From: Nemertoderma westbladi | Lineage: Eukaryota > Animalia > Xenacoelomorpha | Direction: 5' to 3' | Length of the DNA: 64,000 nt | Assembly (NCBI GenBank): GCA_032718475.1 | Contig: JAUCBJ010004969.1 | Location: forward strand, 21,856 to 85,855 | Program-made: the position numbers and the translations under genes | The notes under the pieces: generated by a model | What the model was told of the DNA's origin: nothing | Seen by the model: the letters and a program-made list of their open reading frames with translations, nothing else | Database searches by the model: none | Shown: in pieces, positions 51,526 to 63,100 of the stretch | Layout of the letters: the number at the start of each line of letters is the position of its first letter | Numbering within the stretch: the first letter of the stretch is position 1

Positions 51526-52229
51526 GTGGGGGGGGGGGGGGGGCTGGTCCAAAATGGGGCAATCCCTCACTACTGATTACTAAACGTTTCAAAACTATTA
51601 ATTTTTATCCTTTGACGGAAAGTTATGTTCAATTGTCCCGTTCAACAACATTACACTGGTACACATTTGATAAAATATGTTCACAATTGTACAAATCTGG
51701 GTTTTCTGGTGGCCTATATCGTAGAAACAATAAAATAAGTATGGATAGCTAAAGTATAATTAAACAAATAAAATTCTTTATGACTCTTTTTTTTCTCCAC
51801 TCCATAGAATTATAACTCATCAGCCCCCATTAGTAACACTAATTTATCCGTTTTCACAGTGAGATCCAACTGTCACCGCTCTAGAACAACTGCGCTCGCA
51901 CCAGCGAAAACTAACGATAGAACCAGCGATAGAATATAATTTAGCCTATGAGAAAATAAATAATTTATTTTATAATTAAATAATAATTTATTATTTAAGT
52001 AAATGCTTTATAGCCATCTTGGTAATTCTTATAACTTTAAAATTATTGTAATTACTCAAATTAATTTCTACTCAATCTGCTTATTGCTTTAACCTATTTT
52101 ATTATATCATATTATAAAGGAATGTTAGTATTAATTAAAACTTACACCATGGTTCCTCCCTGAAATCTTCTGTTTCCCCCCAGTTTTCCTGGGGAAATGG
52201 GTAAAGGAAACGTTGTTCCTCCGCCGCTG

Positions 52230-52556
52230 CTATCTCTTTCTGAACATATTCCTGATACAATAATATTGATCGTACCAGTTGGAGGAGGTCCGAAGGCCTT
52301 CCACTCGCGCTTCCTCCAATGCTCGAATCTCGAGCTCTCGATCAGCCAAATCTTCCTCCCATGCCATCCCCTCTTCCTGGTCCCTCATATACCGGACGTA
52401 GGGAGTGACCGCTTCCGGCCTGCTCTCCGTGGTCTGCGTACCGACGCTTCTGGTTGTGGTTGTGTTGGTAGCGTTGGACATGGTGGTGACGGATGTAGCT
52501 GTGGTGGAGATGGGTGTTACGGAGGCGACTAGCTGGGTGCTGGTGGTGGAATCCAT
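52230..52556 (-). CDS. Small unknown ORF: Ser/Thr-rich N-terminus, SVGTQT motif, acidic helical segment
   Basis: GC-richer, coding-like sequence in AT-rich flanks, with a TATA and Inr-like pair upstream; may continue by frameshift to a GTAAG donor near 52145. Confidence 0.4.
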   Translation of the reverse strand: MDSTTSTQLVASVTPISTTATSVTTMSNATNTTTTRSVGTQTTESRPEAVTPYVRYMRDQEEGMAWEEDLADRELEIRALEEARVEGLRTSSNWYDQYYCIRNMFRKR

Positions 52557-52668
52557 GATGATGAATAGTAACTCGACAAATTGTAAACACAAAAGTTTAA
52601 AATAAAATGTGAAGTTTAAAATTAGCGTCTTGTAAAATAAATCACGTAAAATTATTCGAGCTCAAAAC

Positions 52669-52703
52669 CGATGACGAATGAAGGTCCCGTCTCGGTTTAT
52701 ATA
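52669..52703 (-). promoter_or_regulatory. Candidate TATA box plus initiator
   Basis: Minus-strand TATATAAA (52703-52696) with TCA-type Inr candidates 24 and 31 nt downstream. Confidence 0.3.
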
Positions 52704-55191
52704 GCATCAATGCAGAGGGAACAATGCAACAGATTCAACGAGAGGCGGCTTTAATTAAAGGGTTCCCAGTGATAAGTCGTTAGGAGCCAGTAGTAATTAT
52801 ATGACGGTAATAACTAGGGGATATAGCATATGAATGTTAGCCTTATTTGGGCCCTCAAGCTTATTAGCAATAGAGATATCTCGCTTGCCAGCCGGCCCTC
52901 ATGCAAATTTAGCGGCGCCAAGGCTAACGGGGCACCTCGAAGACAGTCTGGCTATAGTAGAGTAGAATCAACATACGAGTCCATAGCTAAAATACATCTG
53001 CCATGGAGCCTTCGCGTAGCACTATGCTCACCAAATATATTTATTCAGATCACCGCTATAGACATTGAGTACATATATATATATATACATACTTATTACT
53101 GGTAGTATTGTTTAATATGGATTATATAATGAATATATAATAATTATTACTGATCCGTTTTCAATTAAAATCTAGTTTATCATCAAAGTATGTAGGGAAG
53201 GGGGGGGGGGGGGGGGGTGGGGGATCTTCACTCATAATATGATGTACATCATTGTCAGTCTTCAAACAACACCAGTTTGTTTTCGTTTGTTGTGGAGGTA
53301 ATCCTTGTTAGAGCGTTGTTTCAACATGAATTATGTGACAGAGTTAAGAGACACATATCCAGCACAATCATATTCATATAGCATCTGCAATAGAATACAT
53401 GAAAAGTCAAATAACAACTCCTACTCCAATAATGGTCCAGTGTATAACATAAGGCTAAAACCTCAATTATTGTTATATCAGTTTTGAGTTAAATCTGATT
53501 CCATGAGTCGTGATCATTATATATCGATTCTCCGGTTTATTCGATTTTCGAACCCAAACAATGTAGATCCTGAGGACAGAGAATCAAGAATCCACGGTAT
53601 TACATAATTAGTAAGTGATATCTGTAAACAGTATATGTAAAAGCTTTTGTGGGATAACTGATTCGTTTGCCTTGTTGGCCAGTTCCCCCCCGGGCGCTGA
53701 ATACTCTAAAAGGGGATCTATAACTCGAATAGCGCAAGCTACCGGCTGATTGGCTGATTTGCTGTGCGAAGGAATCTGGGCTACGTTTGATTGTCCAACC
53801 AGCTTGCCCCACAGCCCTGTTTCTGTATCTGCCAATAGGATTTGAGTTGATTTTGATTTCGACCTATCACAGATCTACTGAACTGAATTTTCCTATCTGT
53901 ATGCTCTTTCTCTGTGGTGGGTGGAAGCCTTTGTAAATAAGGTTATTCTTATCAGTTTTTAGTGTTTTTGTGATTCTAAGCCAGGAAGAGAGCGGCTTTG
54001 GAATTTTATGCTCTTTCTCTGTGCCTTACACTAGTAGGCTTAATTATAAGGACATATATCCGTTATCAAATCATAACAAACTGATGACTGATTGTCACAA
54101 CTCATGCAACTCAACATACCTAATCAAATATACCTGTGCATACTTTTATATTGTTATACTGCTATTTACTGTCAGTTCTTCATAATATGGTTGATGAATT
54201 ATTATATTTGGAATAACGATAAATAACCCCGAAACCCAATATTCTTGATATACCGAAGGTAAGAGAGAAAGGTTACATATAACGATTGTGACTTATGTTA
54301 AAGTGGTTTGAAGTGAATCTAATGTTATTTGATAGACCCTACATGAGTCGGTCCGTGTTCCTTTTATATATAACTAAAATCAGTGAAGATCGGCAGATCA
54401 GTGTGCAGTATTGTGCAACATTGTGTATGAGTGAGACTGATAACGAAGCATTTCCTAAAGAATGCGCCATATATGTGAATTATAACTAAGCCATATCGTT
54501 GTGAGTAGTTTAAGTCATAACTCTGTTTGTATAGATAGAGCGCCACGTCCTAAAGTAACTGTTAATATTTCCCGAAGGTGAATAATATTGTCAGAGATTA
54601 TATAATACCGTCAGTCGAATAATACATTAGGCTTACATAGCAATAAGATTAAGCCGTCGAACCCAATCTCCCGGGTATATCCAGCGGGTGAATGATCGCG
54701 CACAGATTGGTTTCGACTAGTGTAGTGAATTAAATACTTGTCATAGGCTAAAAGTGATTTATTATCTAGAAGACATCATAATTTGGCGGGTTAAACTGCC
54801 AAAGGTCTGAAAGCGCGAACAATAACGGATATTGCTTCTTTATTGCAGTAAGCAATAAAGTTGAAAGTACCGGTCAACCGGTAAACCTGAACGGTACATC
54901 TGTAGGTCAGTAGGCCCAACTGCCAGAACCGGTACTGCTGTAGGCCCGTAGGTCCAACTGCCAGAACCGGTACTTCTGTACGTCCGTAGGCCCAACTGTC
55001 CGAACCGGTACTTACAGTACAGGTACAGCAGTATTATTCGATTTGATTATTATATGCCGGTAGGTCTTAATAATTAATCGGGGACGCCTGGTTTTTATTG
55101 GGATTTTACTTAGGCCTATTTCTGTCAGTTTTATTTATTTGTAGGTCAGTATTGAACAGAAGGCGTGTAACCCTGATCAGATTGTACAGAC

Positions 55192-55760
55192 AATTTGTAG
55201 GCTGAGCAGTTGTCTGATTGTTGTTAAGTCTGAACGGATTGCAGTGTGTGTAGATCATCTGTCCGATAAAGAACGGTTAGGAAGTAGGGGCAGCAAATGC
55301 TGTAAGGTAAACACCCAACTAAAGAATAAGTCGTACTACTGGGTTAGAACGCATACTACCTAATCATTTCGGAGTCTGCATGTCCTGTAGTTTATTTAGG
55401 CTTGAGAGGAGTCTGCCATCGTTTAGTCTGTACTTTGTTTGTGTAAGTCTGTACGGGTAGCGTATAATATTTATTTAGATAATTTGTAGGCTGGATAGTT
55501 GTCTGGCTGTTATTAGGTCTGAACGGATTGTAGTGTGTGTAGATCACCTGTCCGATAAAGAACGGTTAGGAAGTAGGGGCAGCAAATGCTGTAAGGTAAA
55601 CCCCCAACTAAAGAATAAGTCGTACTACTGGGTTAGAACGCATACTACCTAATTATTTCGGAGTCTGCATATACCGTAGTTTGTTTAGGCTTGATAGTAG
55701 TCTGTCAGTGTTCGGTCTGCATTTTGTTTGAGTAGTTTGTACGCGTAGCGTAATATTTAT
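55192..55760. repeat. ~289-bp tandem duplication upstream of the BEL gag-pol ORF
   Basis: Units starting AATTTGTAGGCTG at 55192 and 55481. Confidence 0.9.
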
Positions 55761-57196
55761 TATTCAGAGTTTATGCGATTATTCGCAACATTCATTCCCC
55801 AAGTTTGTTCCTACAATAATTGTGTTTGTTATACATACCGTTATAGTTAAATTAACCCCGGTACTACACGGGCTGCTTGGTGTAGGTAAAGACTGGTGAT
55901 TTTGTGCACCGGTCACTCCAGCAGATGCCGTGGTTCTTTTAGCTGTTCAAGTATATTTAACTACTGATTATCTGTTGTACAAGTACTCGTACCTAATTTA
56001 GGGTTTAGTGTACAGTGCTTTCCGAAAGTAATTAGTGTAGGCATTATATTTGTGTTGTAAAGTGGTTGATAGGCACGTTTGATTAGCTCTATTAACTTCT
56101 AGGTAGGAACACTCAGTGATACATAACGTAGAACCTATAGCGATACGGCTATAGGTCGTCAGGCGGTGGTATTTTCCTATCTGGACAACACAGTGTATTT
56201 ACTACTACTTATTATTTTCAAATACCGTAGTACCCTGTCCGTTGTAATAACCAGATTTCTAACCCTTTGTTAGGCTGGTTTGTAGACTTCTTGTAAAATT
56301 ACCCTGAAAATTCGTATTTTGTGTTTTTGTAAATTTTGTGTTTATTTAGAGATTGTAATCTCACCCGAATTGTACGTAATTTGTAGTATTAAGTAACTTA
56401 GGTAAATTAGCATTATTTGTTTTAGTGTCCTATAAGTAACACTTCACTGAAAGCGTACCGCTTTGTGTAGTGATTACCCCCCAGAAATAATAACATTTAT
56501 TTCAAATACTGACAAAACCCATTAAAACGGGTATATATATATTATAAATCAAATCTAACGATTTATAAATAGTAGGCCTGCCATACAACCATTAGGTCTC
56601 GATATCAGTTGGATTACTGCTCAAATAATGGTAATAAGGTAAGTAAGGTAACAAGTAACCCTTGAAATTCAGAAATTCAGTTATTTAAAATAATTGATAT
56701 ACTGGTATTTACAATAGGCTTATTATATTTATTTCTATAAAATTCAGGTTGAAATCATACCGGTATTCTGTAATTAATTCTAGTTTGTAATTATACTTAT
56801 ATATATACACTATAAGTGTAAACTGCATACCGGTATTTACGATAGGCCTATTATCTTTATTGCTATAAATTTAGGCTGAAATTATACCGGTACTTGTAAT
56901 TAATTCTAGTCCAGAATTATATATACTACAAACTGTAAGCTGTATACCGGTATTCCGATAGGCCTATTATATCTTTATATATTTGTGCTAAAATTATACC
57001 GGTATTCTGTGATAAACCTATTCTGTAATAATAGTTATATATACTATAAGCATACCGGTATTCTAATATATTATATATATCACGCTGCACTGAGTAGCAG
57101 TACCGGTAATTAATTACTAGGCTAGCAGTTAATACTGAGTTACTAGACTTGCTCAGACTGTGATACAGCAGTAGACATTCAACTGTACGCATAAGC

Positions 57197-60100
57197 ATGT
57201 CTGATACTAAGCAGAACCTGTCAGACAGTTTATTAGATGTAACTATCTGCGACTCAGATAAAGGTGTAGAACCATCTACACCTAAGTTCAGTTCACCTCC
57301 CACTGTGAGGAAGGTCATCCCTCCCGTAGTAATAAAAGAACCTAGGCTGGTCCAACATCGTAGGTCTATCATAGGCACTCGAGCTCAGGTCAAGCGGGAC
57401 CAAGAAGCAGCGGAACAGCAACAACACGCGAGCCAAGAACTTACTTCTCAACGGCCCAACAGCTCCAGTAGTGAGGATACTGTAGAACTGACACCAGAAC
57501 GCGGAGCAAAGATGAGGGATGCGGTTTATTCGGATCCCCTTCTCATCCTTCCTGCAGCCGTACTCACAAGGTTATTGATTGCAGTGGAAGAACACCAGAT
57601 CGATTGGGCGAGAAGTCAACGATCAACTAAAGATAATTATGCGGGATACACGAGTGTAGAACTGAAGTCTATTGTCGAGTCGCAATGGAACTTCCCCGGA
57701 CCCGGACTCCCATTTGATTTATCAGAAGCTGCCTGGGAAGACATACACCGGATGGGAGTAGCCAAGGAAACCATCGATCCAGCTGTGTGGAAGAGGTCCG
57801 CAGCCGGATACGCACAGGGATTCTTCAGCTCCATGGAGCGAGTGAAAGAACAACTGTTCCAACAACCTCAAGGACCTCAAGAGCAGGGACAACTGCTTTA
57901 TCAAGTTAGAGAAAGAATTCTGCGAATCAGGCTAATATTATCAGCCTTTGAAGAGGCTTCTAAAAGAAGACAAGACACGTCGTTGCAAGTTGCCGTAAAG
58001 ACTTGGTTTCAACGGGTGAGTCGCCAGGTTCAAGGAACAGCTCAGTGGAAAGCTCAGCTGGAGGAGCGCTCAACCCATGGAGAATCAGCAGACGCTACTT
58101 TTTCCCAAGTGGAAAGTGAAGCGACGGCAGAGAAACCGCATAAGAGGGATGCCATTGACATCTATCTGTCAGACTATCAACGTTTTTTAGGTGATGACGA
58201 GTTGAGGAGAAGGTTAGAGGGACTTAGCCCTAATAGTGAAGGAACCAAGCTTGTGTTGGATGCCATCGATGTGGAAATGAGGGCTGCGAATCAGGCTAAA
58301 TTTGATGAACAACTCCGCCTGACACGAGTCCAAGAAGAACAAGTAAAGAAAAAACGTATAGAAGACAGAAAGAAAGCAGCAGTAGCAGCTGCCGAAGAGG
58401 AAAGTAAAGCAGCCGAGATGGAAAGAAAAGCGGCAGCGACAGCAGCAGAAGCAAAGGCGGCAGCGGCAGAGGCAGAAGCGAAAAGTAAAGCAGCCGAGAT
58501 GGAAAGAAAAGCGGCAGCGACAGCAGCAGAAGCACAGGCGGCAGCGGCAGAGGCAGAAGCGAAAAGAAAAGCAGCTGAAATGAAAAGAAAAGTGGAAATG
58601 GCAGTGGCAGAAGCAGAACGTAGAGCGGCGGAAGAAATCACCCAATTAGAATTGGAAAACATTCAGGAGAATCAAGACTGCATAAATAAACAGTTAACAG
58701 CTAGTAATATGCAGATGATGAATCGATCTACTCCCAAAAGACAGGGATATACATCATCTGAAGAAGGCGATACCACCGATACTGAAGGCAAAGGAAATAG
58801 ATCTCGTCTAAGCAGACGTAAAAGAACATTCCACCGTCAGAAATTGCCTGAATTGCCTCCAGCTGTTAGAAGGCAACTAAATAACACCAACTTAGGTAGT
58901 ACAGAGCCCACAGACCAAATAATTAAAATAGAAAGACTCCCTACTATAGTAGATGAGCCTGAAATAATTAGGCCTGTTCTTGAAATCACCCCTTCGGTGA
59001 TAGACACACCTGTGCTCCCTGAAACTACCTCTAAATTCCCTCTGCATAGCACTAAGCTACCTGTGCCCCGTAGAACTGCCCAGGAGACAGTTCAGGTCCT
59101 GGACCCCGAGCGAAATATTCATGATTTGTCGTCCGTTGTCCCTCGTCCGCCCGCTACAACGTTGGCGACTCCCGCTTCGGCGGTCGAATGGGTGGACGAG
59201 AGACGGCGGGGGATGGATCTCCTGCTTGGGCAGATGCAGGAGACTGTCCAGCAATTCAAGGGCACAGTAAGGGAAAGTAGACTAGAGTTGCAAGAAGTGC
59301 AGCAAAGTATCGCGCTAGAACGCGATAAATTAGTAAATACTCAAAGGGGTATACCACTACCCTCGGTAACAATGTGTCAACCTGTTAGGTCTGAAGTATC
59401 TCATGCGCAAGGTGTGGAGCCTACACGCATATATACTGCTAGCGAAGTAGAAACTCCTATAGTGAACCCTATTAAGGGTAATTATAGACCTGTTGATAAT
59501 GACATTCCCTATAGACCTGATCATAATCCGAGAAATTTATATACCGATAACTCGATATTAAATAACACGATGGCCCAAGAAAGTTTTACGCGTCAAATGG
59601 CTAGAACCGAAGCCCGGCAAGCGGTGAAAGTGGGAGAGATCGTCAAGTTCAATGGAGATGAGATGAAATGGTTACCTTTTAATGAATATTACAAAGATAA
59701 CATACAGAACTCTGTACTATCTAATGGAGAGAAACTTAGATTCCTCATCGAGTGCTTGGAAGGATCTCCCAAGTTAATGGCGTTAAAGTTTATTGGACAT
59801 CCAGACGGATTAAGACAAGTTTGGGATACACTAAACATCAGGTATGGTAATAGGAATAACATCGCTGGGTATTTGTATGCAAAGTTGGTAGCGCCCCGAA
59901 AGTTTATTAGCAGCGGAATTATCGAGTTTTCCGATGAGATTCAGGAGATCTGTAGACAATTAGATTGGCTAGGTAAGTCTCAGGAGTATCAGAATGCTAT
60001 GGTTATTAGAGCAGTGGCTTCTACTCTACCGAAGGGTGGAGTAGGTACACGCTGGGATAAGAAAGTGTTATATATGATGGAACAACAACGACGAGACCCT

Positions 60101-63100
60101 ACCATGGCTGATCTCATGTCATTCCTAGATGGAGAAGTGAAATTACAGTTCCTGAAACTGTCCAGAGAGAAGACACCGGAAAACAAGGTAAGTGAAAAAC
60201 CCGTCTCTAGGAGAAAGGTAACACCAGTGTGTTATACAGACGACGGCGAAAGCCAGACTTCTCAAGGAGAAGATAGCGGGAAAGACACGGATAGATCTTA
60301 TTACATGAATAAAATACCTAAAGATCAGGTAAGTAAATTCAAGTCTCGAACAAATGACAGGAGAGAACAGGTAAGAAAAACTCCTCCTACGTCTCCCAAG
60401 AGAATTCAGGTGAGAAAGCCCGAAGAAAAGGCAGGTGTACACAATGTTACCCAAAATAAGGTAAGTAACATCAAACCGAAATGTGCGCTGTGCGACGGGA
60501 CCCACCGTTTGAATATGTGTGATGAATTCCTGAAGAAATCATTATCGGAGAGACGAGAAGTCATGTGGGATAAGCGGTTATGTTATAATTGCCTCAGACA
60601 AGGACACCAACGGCGAACCTGTTTCTCTGACATAAGGTGTGCAAAGTGTGGTGCGAAACATCATATATTGTTGCACGCTGAATTCGAGCGAAATAGTCCG
60701 AATCAGGTAAGTGATTCCGAACTACATGTCCAATTCAGTGATGTGAACGACACTGATCAATCTGAGATGGAAGGATTCTATACGGACGAGTTCTCCGACG
60801 AAAACGAATCCTGTTACATGATAAATACCACAGTGTATCGAGCACTCATTTATGAAAAAGATACAGACAGCGACTTCACTCTAACTACTTCTGAACGACA
60901 ACCATCTTGGAAAGAGCCATCTTCCAATGTAGGGATCCGAGAGTTTCCTGTGGTGCAAGTAAGGGTTAACGGACCTAAGAGGAGTTATGTAGTAAACGCC
61001 CTCCTTGACTCCGGTAGTACAGGAACATTCATCGACAAAGAGCTAGCCGAAGATATATTTGCTGGACAACCCAAGTTCCAAACTAAGCTCAACATGTCCG
61101 GCATTATGCAAGTTTGGAAATCTACAATAACAGCGGATTATTATGTAGGAGCGTTGTCCACCCCCCAGGACGAACTAGGAGAACATAGCATAAGGTCAGT
61201 GAAAATGGTGGCTATAAAGAACTTCGCTACTACTCAAGCAGACCTTTATAATTGGGATGAGGATGAGAGCATCCAACATCTTAACATACCTCGATTCCAG
61301 ACTGATTATCCTGGAGTGCAAATACTCATCGGCCAAAACGCGCATGAGGCGCTGGAGACATTAGAGAAACGGCCTGCTCAACCGCAGCCACTACAGACCT
61401 ATGCGGTAAGAACTAGAGTAGGTTGGTACTTTACTGGCCCTTCCCGTAGAACACTCAGAGAAAGACTACCGCAAGAGCGCGTCTACCAGGTGAGTGAATG
61501 GGAAGATGATACTAGTGAGGGAGACGACTTAACTGAGGGAACTCCATACTCCTCAGATAACGACGACATTCACCAGCTTTTTGATGAGGAGAATACCATC
61601 GATCTCCTTAAGGAAAACGAGGCTTGGCAAAACCAAGTGAACTTATGTCAACTTCTTTATCCATCTGAACGAGAAGCTTATAACGACGAGCTAAATGATG
61701 TCATTGAGCGTTGTAATGCCAAGACTCGAGATGAACATGCCGTACGATTCTTTACGCAAGAGGCGGTAGAGCCCAATTCCTACGATAAAGCCTTGTCAGT
61801 GGAAGAGGAAAGGGCCAAGCAGATCCAAGAGACAACTACACGTTTCCTCAAAGATCAAGGTAGGTATGAAGTCGGTCTACCTTTCCGCAAGAAAGAACCG
61901 AAGTTCATCAATAACAGACCCTTGGCGGAAAAAAGAATCGCGCAACTCCATCGACGCCTTACGGCTAATTCTTCAGCTAAAGCAATGTATCAAACACAGC
62001 TGGAGAAATTTATTAGTAAGGGATACGCGGAGAGAGTACCGGAAGAAACACCTGTGACTGAAAGAACGTATTACTTAACTCACCATTACGTTCCTAAACC
62101 CGGTAAGCCACATGAAGTGAGAGTAGTGTTTGATGGCTCCGCTCTTTACATGGGTCAATCCCTTAACTCTGAATTGTTACCCGGACCCAACTTGCTTCAA
62201 TCTTTGTTGGGAATTCTTTTAAGATTGAGACAATATTCGATTGCTTTCGCCTCCGATATAGAAGGCATGTTCTTACAAGTCAAGGTGCTAGATAGGGATC
62301 GAGATAGTCTACGATTTCTGTGGTGGCCCGAAGGAGACCTCAACCTGAAACCGGTGGAGTACTGGATGACCATCCAGGCCTTTGGGATAATCTCAAGCCC
62401 TTCCAACGCCTGTTCGGTAGTGCGTACCACTGCAGAGGACAACCGAGAGGCCTTCTCTAAGGAAGTGATCGACAACATCAAGAGAGACATATACATGGAC
62501 GACAATCTGAAGTCCCTTCCATCAGTTAAGGAAGCCATTGAGGTCGCTAAAGGAACGGTAGAGTGCTTAAAAAGAGGTGGGTTTCGATTAACAAAATTCA
62601 CCAGCAACTCCCGTGAGTTTCTGGAGTCGATCCCTGCGGAAGATCGAGGGGCGAAAGATCTAGATTTGATTAAAGATGATCTGCCAGAAACCAAGACACT
62701 CGGCTTGAAATGGGACACAGAGCGAGATATCCTGTTTTTCCAGCTAAAACAGCGAGATAATCCAGTTCGAACCAAACGGATTTGCTTAAGTATACTGAGC
62801 ACTTATTTCGATCCATTGGGATTTATTAGCCCAGTTATATTGATTGCTCGTAGTTTGGTACAACAAATGTGGCTTGAAAACCACTCATGGGACGATCCAC
62901 TTAAGGGAGAATTATTGAAGAAGTGGATGGAATGGGAAGATTCTCTGCCGGCAATCGAGGATTTTATAATTTCCCGTTCATATTTTGGTCATGTTCTCCC
63001 TACGTATTCCTATCAACTCCATGTGTTTGGAGACGCCAGCGATATGGGAATAGGTATAGTAGCCTATCTAAGGGTGGAAACTCCGGATGGAATCAAAGTC

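Noticed and set aside
53560-54800. 5' LTR and PBS of the large BEL element (TG at 53562; CA then TGG near 54778-54786)
   Set aside because: The TGG is not followed by a tRNA 3'-end complement I recognise and the partner LTR is outside the window, so the boundaries cannot be fixed.
58214-58662. Cys/Phe- and Ala-rich minus-strand ORFs
   Set aside because: Antisense shadows of the coiled-coil region of the BEL Gag.
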